DNA of 24,000 nt, taken from Stygiolobus sp. CP850M (GTDB lineage Archaea; Thermoproteota; Thermoprotei_A; Sulfolobales; Sulfolobaceae). Where the stretch lies: contig NZ_JBBHKR010000064.1 of assembly GCF_037389425.1 (NCBI RefSeq), positions 86,110 through 110,109 on the forward strand, read 5' to 3'. A program made the position numbers and the translations under genes. The number at the start of each line of letters is the position of its first letter. Within the stretch, counting starts at the first letter, position 1. Shown here piece after piece: positions 17,201-24,000 of the stretch. Under the pieces are notes generated by a model. That model saw nothing but the letters and a program-made list of their open reading frames with translations, made no database searches and was not told the DNA's origin.

Positions 17201-18042
17201 ATTGAAATAATTTCGCCGAAATAGTATATCAATTGTTGTCCGTTTAAGAACAATGTTATATTATATGCCGTACCGTAATTTTGTACAGATATTATGTTTG
17301 ACGGTGGGAGGTTACCGTATATCACTACTTGCTGTCCTTGAGAAATAGTTATACTTGAAGTATTGACTAAACTTCCATTTACATAGAGTTTAGCCGTGTA
17401 AGAACCACTTGAGAGTTTTATGTACTGAGTATTAAGAACGAAGGCGATTGAGTAAATTATACTTCCATTGGGATAAGCGGTTAGTGATATCGGAGCTGAC
17501 TGTACGTAATAAGGATAAGCATGTGAGTTTGTGAAAATGATCGAAGCGTTAGTATAGAATGTAAGATACTTTGAGGACACAACGGCTCTTATAGGGTAGA
17601 AATGTGCAATAGTGTTTAATTGATATATTTGTTGATTTAAAGTTATGTTGTTCTGTGGTTTCAATTGCCAATTGTAATTACCAGACCCCTCGATATAAAC
17701 ATTATAGACTTGTTGTGCAGCTGGAATTGATATATTAACTAATAACTTCTTAGAGCTGAAAGGGGCAACGCTAATACTTGTGTCGTTGATATAGTTCTTT
17801 GTGTGGGCGAATATACCAGATTGCGTTCCCGCGGAAATTGCCACTATTACATTAGCTGACATTGGTAGAGGACCTTTATTTAAACTAACGACACAGATTG
17901 AATAAACTTGGTAACCAGATTGGGTTATTGATTCCTTAACTATATACGCATAAACGTGGAAATTATTAGCTTCTACGTAAAATACTGCACCTAGGCTTAT
18001 AAATAATATGAGTATGACGCCAAGCAGGTAAATTCGTTTCAT
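17197..18042 (-). CDS. Secreted or membrane-anchored Ser/Thr/Asn/Tyr-rich protein with many N-glycosylation sequons, unknown function
   Basis: N-terminal MKRIYLLGVILILFISLGAVFYVEA signal/anchor. At least 8 N-x-S/T sequons (NDT, NIS, NIT, NAS, NGS x2, NTS, NIT). The beta-rich composition is typical of Sulfolobales surface proteins. Confidence 0.6.
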   Translation of the reverse strand: MKRIYLLGVILILFISLGAVFYVEANNFHVYAYIVKESITQSGYQVYSICVVSLNKGPLPMSANVIVAISAGTQSGIFAHTKNYINDTSISVAPFSSKKLLVNISIPAAQQVYNVYIEGSGNYNWQLKPQNNITLNQQIYQLNTIAHFYPIRAVVSSKYLTFYTNASIIFTNSHAYPYYVQSAPISLTAYPNGSIIYSIAFVLNTQYIKLSSGSYTAKLYVNGSLVNTSSITISQGQQVVIYGNLPPSNIISVQNYGTAYNITLFLNGQQLIYYFGEIISI

Positions 18043-18128
18043 TGCGGTTAATACTATAGGGTAATATATTAGTTTATTTCGAAGACTAGATAGACCAGTT
18101 TACTTTATTATCCCCCATATAGAAGATA

Positions 18129-18545
18129 ATGAGACGGAGGGCCCTAGGAAAAAAGATGGAACAACAAACCTATTTCCAAACCTCCTCTGAAGATAAAATA
18201 ATAGGTAAGCACGTTTTCGGCAATCTATACGATCTCGATGAAGAACTTCTTACGGATAAAGACCTGCTAGAAAAGATAGTTCTTGAAGCAGTGAATATAG
18301 CTAAAATGAATTTAGTAGAAATTAAAGCGTGGAAATTCGGAGGCAAGAAAGGCGGAGTTTCAGTCATAGCTCTAGTAGAGGAAAGTCATATAGCACTTCA
18401 TACATGGAATGAATACAAATATGCTACATTGGATGTGTACACTTGTGGTGAACAGAGTGATCCGCAAGCTGCTTTTAATTACATTGTGGCACAATTAAAG
18501 CCTAGACGCTACCAGATGTTTTATGCTGACAGATCATCAGCGTGA
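18129..18545 (+). CDS. Pyruvoyl-dependent decarboxylase proenzyme of the AdoMetDC (SpeH) family; either S-adenosylmethionine decarboxylase or the crenarchaeal arginine decarboxylase paralog
   Basis: HVFGNLYD..., and the self-cleavage motif [12 protein letters not shown] (Ser86, nt 18384-18386), then TLDVYTCGE. An alternative start is ATG 18156. Confidence 0.85.
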   Translation: MRRRALGKKMEQQTYFQTSSEDKIIGKHVFGNLYDLDEELLTDKDLLEKIVLEAVNIAKMNLVEIKAWKFGGKKGGVSVIALVEESHIALHTWNEYKYATLDVYTCGEQSDPQAAFNYIVAQLKPRRYQMFYADRSSA

Positions 18546-18568
18546 GCTGAGCCGGTCATAAAGTCCCC

Positions 18569-18578
18569 GTGTTTTTTA
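18569..18578 (+). terminator. T-run terminator after the decarboxylase gene
   Basis: A T6 tract (18572-18577) lies about 25 nt after the stop. Confidence 0.35.
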
Positions 18579-18630
18579 CTCATCACCAATAATTTTCAAT
18601 TAAATCCAAGTCATACCCTATATATTACTT

Positions 18631-18670
18631 TTTCGACATTTGTCGATTAGATTATAGTCATTTGTCGAAA
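18631..18670. promoter_or_regulatory. Candidate operator: three TGTCGA/TCGACA half-sites upstream of the mevalonate operon
   Basis: A perfect palindrome TCGACA-TT-TGTCGA (18633-18646). An 8-nt inverted pair TTTCGACA (18631-18638) / TGTCGAAA (18663-18670). A direct repeat CATTTGTCGA (18637-18646 and 18659-18668). Confidence 0.4.
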
Positions 18671-18671
18671 A

Positions 18672-18685
18672 TCTTATAATTAAAG
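18672..18685 (+). promoter_or_regulatory. A/T-box promoter of the HMG-CoA synthase operon
   Basis: TCTTATAATTAAAG is centred about 27 nt upstream of ATG 18706, which suggests a leaderless transcript. The preceding CGAAAA could serve as the BRE. Confidence 0.5.
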
Positions 18686-18705
18686 CTCTTACATTCCATT
18701 TATCA

Positions 18706-19752
18706 ATGAAAAGTGGAATAATAGGATGGGGTAGTTATATTCCTAGATATAGAATTAGGTCTGAGGAAATAGCTGAGCTATGGGGCATTGAAAAGGAGGT
18801 TGTAAAAAGCCTCGGATTGTCAGAAAAGGCTGTTCCTTCAGCAGATGAGGATTCTACTACAATGGCATGGGAAGCCTCTAGAAATGCCTTAGCTAGAGCT
18901 AGAATTGATCCCTCAGAGATTAACCTTGTATTGTTCGGCTCTGAATCTAAAGTTTATGCCGTTAAGCCTACTGCTACTATTTTACTAGATTCATTAGGTA
19001 TCTCTCATAATACTCTAAGTGCCGATTTAGAATTTGCTTGCAGAGCAGCTTCAGCCGGTTTAAGACTTGCTTCTAGTATGGTTGAAGCTGGTAAGATTAA
19101 GTACGGCTTAGTAATTGGTAGTGATACTGCACAATCAAATCCTGGCGATGTTCTAGAACTTAGTTCAGCCTCGGCTGCAGTAGCCTATGTAGTTGGAAGA
19201 GACAACGAATCCGCAGCAGTTATCGAAGCTTCTACCTCCTTCTCTACCGATACTCCGGATTTCTGGAGGAGAGATGGTATGCCGTATCCACTTCATGGCG
19301 AAGGATTTACCGGTGAACCTGCTTACTTTTATCATATAATGTCTGCGGTGAAGAACCTTCTCGATGAGAATGGGTACAAAATTTCTGACTTTGATTACTT
19401 TGTATTTCACCAGCCTAATGGTAAGTTTCCTATACAAGTTGCAAAGAAATTGAATGTTCCGTTAGAAAAAGTAAAGGCCGGATTAGTATCTCCATATATT
19501 GGTAATCCCTATAACGCTTCTGCTTTGTTAGGTCTGGCAAAAGTGCTTGATATTGCGAAACCTGGTGAAAGAATATTAACAGCTCCCTTTGGAAGCGGTG
19601 CAGGAAGTGATGCCTTCAGCATATTAGTAACGGATAAAATCTCTGAGAGGCAAAAGCTAGCCCCGAGTGTAGAATATTATATGAATAGGAAAAAGGTTAT
19701 TCCTTATTCGTTATATGCAAAAACGACCAATAAGTTCAAGGTGTATGAATAA
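18706..19752 (+). CDS. Hydroxymethylglutaryl-CoA synthase (archaeal type)
   Basis: 348 aa. The catalytic triad context is intact: Glu in [12 protein letters not shown], Cys in [11 protein letters not shown], His in [10 protein letters not shown], plus [10 protein letters not shown]. Confidence 0.9.
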   Translation: MKSGIIGWGSYIPRYRIRSEEIAELWGIEKEVVKSLGLSEKAVPSADEDSTTMAWEASRNALARARIDPSEINLVLFGSESKVYAVKPTATILLDSLGISHNTLSADLEFACRAASAGLRLASSMVEAGKIKYGLVIGSDTAQSNPGDVLELSSASAAVAYVVGRDNESAAVIEASTSFSTDTPDFWRRDGMPYPLHGEGFTGEPAYFYHIMSAVKNLLDENGYKISDFDYFVFHQPNGKFPIQVAKKLNVPLEKVKAGLVSPYIGNPYNASALLGLAKVLDIAKPGERILTAPFGSGAGSDAFSILVTDKISERQKLAPSVEYYMNRKKVIPYSLYAKTTNKFKVYE

Positions 19753-20849
19753 TGGTCTCAATAGTAGGTAGTGGTCTCATAAAAATTGATAGGTACTATG
19801 AATTTTCTGAAACGGATCTAGTCATTGAAGCTTACAAGAATTTAATATTAAAAGTAAAGGAAATGCCTTCATCAATTGATGCTTTAATTTTAGCCAGCAC
19901 GTATAGTGATACCTTGTCTAAGAATCTTATGTTAGCCTTCAAACTTTCCAACAAGTTAGGCATTAAAACCTCTATATCGTTTAGAGTTGAAAATGGGGAT
20001 AACGGTGGTTCGGCAGTATTAGCAGCATATTCGTTAATCAAATCTGGTATTGCTAATAGTGTTCTGCTAATAGGTGTGGATAAGTTTTCGGATTATCCGT
20101 CAAAGTACGTTAATGATGTCATCTCTTATAATTTGGGTAATGAATACCAATATCAAGTAGGATTAACTCCTCATGCACATGCTGCCTTACTAATGAAGAG
20201 GTATATGAAAAAGTTCAGCAAAGACTATGATTACTTTACAAAATGGCCTTTAAAGATGCACGAAAACGCTGTGGAGAATCCTTATGCGTATCTTAGATTT
20301 AAAGTAGATAAAAAGGTAATAATGGATTCGCAGATAGTTGCTGAACCCTTGCGTTTGTTTGATGTAGCTGCAAGGGCTGATGGTGCTTCAGTAGTTCTGA
20401 TAACATCTGATGAATTGTCAAGGAAATTCACTGATACAACTGTAAGGATAGAAAACATCGTGAGCAGTAATTTACCTTTAGATCTTGCTAGTGTGAGAAT
20501 AAACTCTGTAAGAGATGTTGCAAAGAAGCTCACGGCTAAAATGAGTAGTAATGATATTTACGAGATCCACGATTCTTATAGTATCTTAGCTACGTTAGAG
20601 CTAGAGTCCTTAGGTCTTGCTAAGGACGGTAACGGATTGGACAATCTAGATAATGTAAACGTAAATCTAGGTGGTGGTCTTAAAGCAAGAGGCTATCCGG
20701 GCTCGGCTGCTGCGATATATCAGTTAGCTGAGTTATATTTACATTTAATTGGAGAACATCCAAGAGGTAAAATAGATGCAGAAAGAGGATTTTTATTGTC
20801 TACAGACGATCTTGGTAATTCTTCTCATCTAGTTGCTCTGATGAGGTGA
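19752..20849 (+). CDS. Thiolase-fold protein (acetoacetyl-CoA thiolase homolog) lacking all catalytic residues; apparent pseudo-thiolase
   Basis: 365 aa with SCP2/archaeal-thiolase architecture (RVENGDNGGSAVLAAYSLIKSGIANSVLLIGVDK, AEPLRLFDVAARADGASVVL, YEIHDSYSI, NLGGGLKARGYPGSAAA) and zero Cys. TAATG overlap with the HMGCS gene. Confidence 0.85.
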   Translation: MVSIVGSGLIKIDRYYEFSETDLVIEAYKNLILKVKEMPSSIDALILASTYSDTLSKNLMLAFKLSNKLGIKTSISFRVENGDNGGSAVLAAYSLIKSGIANSVLLIGVDKFSDYPSKYVNDVISYNLGNEYQYQVGLTPHAHAALLMKRYMKKFSKDYDYFTKWPLKMHENAVENPYAYLRFKVDKKVIMDSQIVAEPLRLFDVAARADGASVVLITSDELSRKFTDTTVRIENIVSSNLPLDLASVRINSVRDVAKKLTAKMSSNDIYEIHDSYSILATLELESLGLAKDGNGLDNLDNVNVNLGGGLKARGYPGSAAAIYQLAELYLHLIGEHPRGKIDAERGFLLSTDDLGNSSHLVALMR

Positions 20850-21268
20850 AATATATGAAAATAAGTCCATCTCAAAGTTGGAGACTAAAAAATACGTTAT
20901 ACTCTCTAACTCTAGGAATATGCAAGAAATGTGGGAACGTGTTCTATCCGTATCAAAGTATATGTGGAAATTGTGGCTCTGTAGACGTAGAAAAGGTTAA
21001 GGCTAAGGGGACAGGTACTTTACTCGAATACACAGTCCTTTATCAAACAAGGGAGGGGTTCGAAAAGCAAGTCCCTATAATAGTAGGTCTCATTAGGTTA
21101 GATGAGGGTTTAGATATAGTTGCCCCCTTGACAGACGTAGAAGCCAATGAATTAAAAGAGGGTGTTAGAGTTGAGGCTGTGTTAAGAAGGCTGAGGTCTG
21201 ATTCCACTAATGGCTTAATACAGTACGGGATAAAATTTAGAGTGATAGATAATGCAGGAAACAATTAA
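20846..21268 (+). CDS. DUF35 family Zn-ribbon/OB-fold protein (scaffold of the thiolase-HMGCS complex)
   Basis: [20 protein letters not shown] rubredoxin-like ribbon followed by an OB-fold-like C-terminus. The likely true start is ATG 20855, 5 nt after a GAGGTGA SD. The track start GTG 20846 overlaps the upstream stop. Confidence 0.85.
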   Translation: MKYMKISPSQSWRLKNTLYSLTLGICKKCGNVFYPYQSICGNCGSVDVEKVKAKGTGTLLEYTVLYQTREGFEKQVPIIVGLIRLDEGLDIVAPLTDVEANELKEGVRVEAVLRRLRSDSTNGLIQYGIKFRVIDNAGNN

Positions 21269-22487
21269 TAATATTGTTGAGAAAGTAATAAAGGGCGAGA
21301 TCCAACTTCATGAAATAGATAATTTTTTAGAAGCAAATGCTGCGATGGTAGCTAGAAGACTAGCTATAGAAAGATTAACTAACTCAAACTTACCTTCGAT
21401 AGGTTCTACAATTTTAGATTATGCTGAAATTAAGAATAGAAATGCAGAGAATGTAATAGGAGCTGTTCAAGTACCTATGGGTGTTATAGGTCCTTTAAGA
21501 GTTAATGGTGATTATGCTAGGGGAGAATTCTATGTACCTTTAGCTACAACAGAGGGAGCCTTGATAGCCAGCGTTAACCGTGGTGTAAAGGCCGTAACCT
21601 TAAGTGGAGGTACAAGAGTTAAGATAATTTTTGACGGAATGGCAAGGGCTCCAGTTTTCAAATTGGATAGTATAATTGATGTTGTAGATTTTATAGATTG
21701 GGTAAAGAAACATTATGAAGATTTGAAACATATAGCAGAGTCTACAACCTCTCATGGAAAATTAATTTCCGTAGAGCCTTACGTTTTAGGTAATAATGTG
21801 TGGTTGAGGTTTATTTACGATACTGGTGACGCGATGGGTATGAATATGGCTACTATTGCTACAGAGAAAGTGTGTGAATATATTGAGGAGAACTTTGGAA
21901 GGGCTAGGTGTTTAGCAGTTAGCGGTAACATGTGTAGTGATAAGAAGCAATCAATAGTAAATAGCCTTCACGGTAGAGGGAAAACCGTAGTAGCTGAGGC
22001 TTTAATCCCTAACGATATTATCACAAAGGTTTTGAAATCAGATAAGAACTTAATTCATGAGGTCAATTTGAGAAAGAATTGGGCTGGTGGAGCTAGGGCA
22101 GGAACGTTCTTTCAATATAACGCTCACTTTGCAAATATAATTGCGGCCATTTTCTTGGCAACTGGTCAAGATATGGCTCAAGTAGTTGAAAGTAGCAGCG
22201 GTTACACGTGGACTGAAGTCAGAGAAAACGGAATTTACATATCTGTAACTCTAACTTCTCTTGAAGTAGGGACCGTAGGAGGAGGTACTAGATTACCTAC
22301 ACAGAGAGAAGCACTTTCTATAATGGGCGTTTACGGTAGTGGTAACCCGCCTGGTAGCAATGCTAAGAAATTCGCTGAAATAATAGCTTCTACAGTGTTG
22401 GCTGGTGAGCTTAACTTGTTATCAGCACTAGCCAATAAAGAATTGGGGAAGGCACATCTTAAGCTAGGTAGGGCTGCGAAAGTTTAA
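21252..22487 (+). CDS. hmgA: HMG-CoA reductase (class I)
   Basis: 411 aa. Motifs: [32 protein letters not shown], and a C-terminal [10 protein letters not shown] containing the catalytic His. 17-nt overlap with the DUF35 gene. Confidence 0.95.
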   Translation: MQETINNIVEKVIKGEIQLHEIDNFLEANAAMVARRLAIERLTNSNLPSIGSTILDYAEIKNRNAENVIGAVQVPMGVIGPLRVNGDYARGEFYVPLATTEGALIASVNRGVKAVTLSGGTRVKIIFDGMARAPVFKLDSIIDVVDFIDWVKKHYEDLKHIAESTTSHGKLISVEPYVLGNNVWLRFIYDTGDAMGMNMATIATEKVCEYIEENFGRARCLAVSGNMCSDKKQSIVNSLHGRGKTVVAEALIPNDIITKVLKSDKNLIHEVNLRKNWAGGARAGTFFQYNAHFANIIAAIFLATGQDMAQVVESSSGYTWTEVRENGIYISVTLTSLEVGTVGGGTRLPTQREALSIMGVYGSGNPPGSNAKKFAEIIASTVLAGELNLLSALANKELGKAHLKLGRAAKV

Positions 22488-22512
22488 ATTTTTTATAACC
22501 TATTTTTACCTA

Positions 22513-23814
22513 ATGCCTCAAGTTCCCGAAGAACTTCAAAAAATCATAGAAATAACCAGAGAACAGAATAGGTGGCGAAGACTAGAAACGTTAAACTTAA
22601 TTCCATCAGAAAACGTGATGAGCCCTTTAGCTGAAACGGTTTATATGAGCGATTTTATGTCAAGATATGCTGAAGGTAAGCCATATAAGAGGTTCTACCA
22701 AGGTACTAAATACGTAGATGAAATAGAAACTCTAGCTATGAAATTAATGAATGAAATAACTAATTCTGTTCACTGTGATTTAAGGCCAATAAGCGGTACC
22801 TTAGCTAATGCGGAAGTATTCAAGGTCTTGGCTAACCCTGGAGATAAAGCTCTTATAGCTCCAGTTCAGGCTGGTGCGCATGTAAGTCATACTAGATTTG
22901 GTACACTAGGCGCTCTAGGCATAGAGCAAATAGAACTACCTTACGATCCTGAGAATATGAATGTAGATGTTGATAAGGCAATTAAAATGATCGAGCAAGT
23001 TAAACCTAAATTTGTAGTGTTGGGTGGTAGCTTATACTTATTCCCACATCCTTCTAAAGAACTGGCACCTCATGTTCATGCTGTAAATTCCAGGCTTATT
23101 TACGATGCTGCTCACGTTTACGGTTTAATCACTGGAAAAGCATGGCATAATCCGCTATTAGAAGGAGCAGACATCATGACTTCATCGACACATAAGACTT
23201 TTCCAGGTCCCCAAGGTGGCGCAATATTTATCAATGACGATGAGCTATACAAAAAAGTAAGTGATACGATATTTCCATGGTTTGTAAGTAATCATCATTT
23301 GCATAGACTACCTAGTGTAGCGGTTACCGCACTTGAAATGAAATACTTCGGAGAGGATTATGCAAAGCAAATTGTGAGAAATGCTAAAGCGTTTGCTGAG
23401 GCATTGGCAGCTGAAGGATTTAAGGTTGTTGGAGAGCATTTAGGGTATACGAAAAGTCATCAAGTTGCGATAGACGTAAGGAATCTGGGAGGAGGAGCTA
23501 AGGTTGCAAAAATGTTTGAAGATGCAAACATAATTACTAACAAAAACTTATTGCCTTACGACCCACCTAGTGCTGTAAAGGATCCAAGTGGTATTAGGCT
23601 AGGAGTACAAGAAATGACTAGATACGGTGTTAAGGAAGAAGATATGGCTGAAATTGCCAAGTTTATGAGAGAGGTAGCAATAGACAAAAAGGATGTCTCA
23701 GAAGTAAAGAAAAAGGTGATAGAGTTCAGAAAGAGATTCCTTACCGTTAAGTACACATTTGATTTAGATTTAGGACAATTCTCAAATGGTAAGGCTATTC
23801 CTCTGTTAATCTAA
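22513..23814 (+). CDS. glyA: Serine hydroxymethyltransferase
   Basis: 433 aa. LNLIPSENV, and the PLP-lysine motif [14 protein letters not shown]. Confidence 0.95.
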   Translation: MPQVPEELQKIIEITREQNRWRRLETLNLIPSENVMSPLAETVYMSDFMSRYAEGKPYKRFYQGTKYVDEIETLAMKLMNEITNSVHCDLRPISGTLANAEVFKVLANPGDKALIAPVQAGAHVSHTRFGTLGALGIEQIELPYDPENMNVDVDKAIKMIEQVKPKFVVLGGSLYLFPHPSKELAPHVHAVNSRLIYDAAHVYGLITGKAWHNPLLEGADIMTSSTHKTFPGPQGGAIFINDDELYKKVSDTIFPWFVSNHHLHRLPSVAVTALEMKYFGEDYAKQIVRNAKAFAEALAAEGFKVVGEHLGYTKSHQVAIDVRNLGGGAKVAKMFEDANIITNKNLLPYDPPSAVKDPSGIRLGVQEMTRYGVKEEDMAEIAKFMREVAIDKKDVSEVKKKVIEFRKRFLTVKYTFDLDLGQFSNGKAIPLLI

Positions 23815-23858
23815 TTTTTTTCCTTTCTTTATTTCTTTTTTAAAATTATTCAAACTAA
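23815..23858. terminator. Bidirectional T/A-rich terminator zone between convergent glyA and usp
   Basis: TTTTTTTCCTTTCTTTATTTCTTTTTTAAAATT: multiple T tracts on the + strand and A/T tracts for the minus-strand gene. Confidence 0.4.
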
Positions 23859-23860
23859 TT

Positions 23861-24000
23861 TTATCTGACTAGAATAACTGTAGTGGTAGCGTTAAGGGCT
23901 ACGGACATAGCTACAGAACCTATATTTAACTCGCTGTTTATTGATAACCCTCTGGCTCCCATGATTACCGCGTCGTATGTGTTTTCACTTAAATACTTTA
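23861..24000 (-). CDS. Universal stress protein (UspA family), C-terminal part; the gene continues past the window end
   Basis: My translation of the minus strand: ...KYLSENTYDAVIMGARGLSINSELNIGSVAMSVALNATTTVILVR*. This is the typical Usp C-terminus (D-x-IVMG-x-RG...GSV...V...PVLVV pattern). The stop is at 23861-23863. Confidence 0.7.
   Translation of the reverse strand, partial: KYLSENTYDAVIMGARGLSINSELNIGSVAMSVALNATTTVILVR

Noticed and set aside
18521-18600. Two TGATGA boxes on the minus strand downstream of, and overlapping, the decarboxylase gene end.
   Set aside because: Box spacing is wrong (28 nt with no CTGA D' box), and no D box lies within about 12 nt of the second TGATGA. This does not fit C/D architecture.
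22613-22640. GTGATGA-(9 nt)-CTGA inside the 5' part of glyA, resembling a C'/D half of a C/D sRNA.
   Set aside because: No matching C box or D' box upstream, the spacer is too short (9 nt), and it lies in a strongly supported coding region. Most likely a chance occurrence.
808-23756. Eighteen 60-124-aa ORFs in the track lie antisense inside larger, well-supported genes. They are 808-996, 2052-2252, 2502-2738, 2916-3113, 4300-4674, 5540-5731, 7379-7588, 8554-8736, 13552-13737, 14053-14268, 15017-15262, 15341-15580, 18170-18367, 19165-19437, 19832-20041, 20282-20533, 21043-21264 and 23556-23756.
   Set aside because: All are shadow ORFs on the opposite strand of genes with clear family motifs. 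Their translations are low-complexity (S/L/I/F-rich) and have no recognisable motifs or start-site context. In AT-rich genomes such antisense frames stay open by chance.
1-24000. Looked for CRISPR arrays, IS elements or transposases, integrases, and known defence-system signatures.
   Set aside because: No spaced direct-repeat array, no terminal inverted repeats flanking an ORF, and no integrase, transposase, nuclease or helicase-like ORF were seen. The window is dominated by core metabolism and cell-division genes.

Overview
AT-rich chromosomal segment with the hallmarks of a Sulfolobales (Thermoproteota/Crenarchaeota) genome. These are a cdvABC ESCRT-type cell-division operon, intron-bearing tRNAs, A/T-box promoters about 25 nt upstream of starts, many leaderless or GGTGA-type SD-led genes, and ATGA/TAATG-coupled operons. 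Nearly all of it is core housekeeping. In order: tRNA-Thr, sufCBD preceded by an AbrB-PhoU regulator, an sHsp-like gene and a PAC2 gene behind gcvT-gcvH, divergent gcvPA-gcvPB, and a membrane protein/Zn-ribbon/signal-peptidase trio. Then come enolase, cdvABC, rpiA, tRNA-Leu, a secreted glycoprotein, a pyruvoyl decarboxylase of the AdoMetDC family, a fused upper-mevalonate operon (HMG-CoA synthase, thiolase-like, DUF35, HMG-CoA reductase), glyA and a partial usp gene. I see no CRISPR array, IS element, integrase or recognisable defence system. The most unusual observation is that the thiolase-fold gene inside the mevalonate operon encodes a full-length protein with no cysteine and with all three catalytic positions substituted, so it looks like a pseudo-thiolase. 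Lesser items absent from the ORF track: a C/D-box sRNA candidate with a duplicated promoter directly upstream of cdvA; a 48-aa ribbon-helix-helix ORF running antisense into the 3' end of tRNA-Thr; a frame-broken relic resembling a GH13 (TreZ-like) glycosidase abutting tRNA-Leu; and a three-half-site palindromic operator candidate in front of the mevalonate operon. All calls rest on by-eye translation and motif recognition. No database search or alignment was run.
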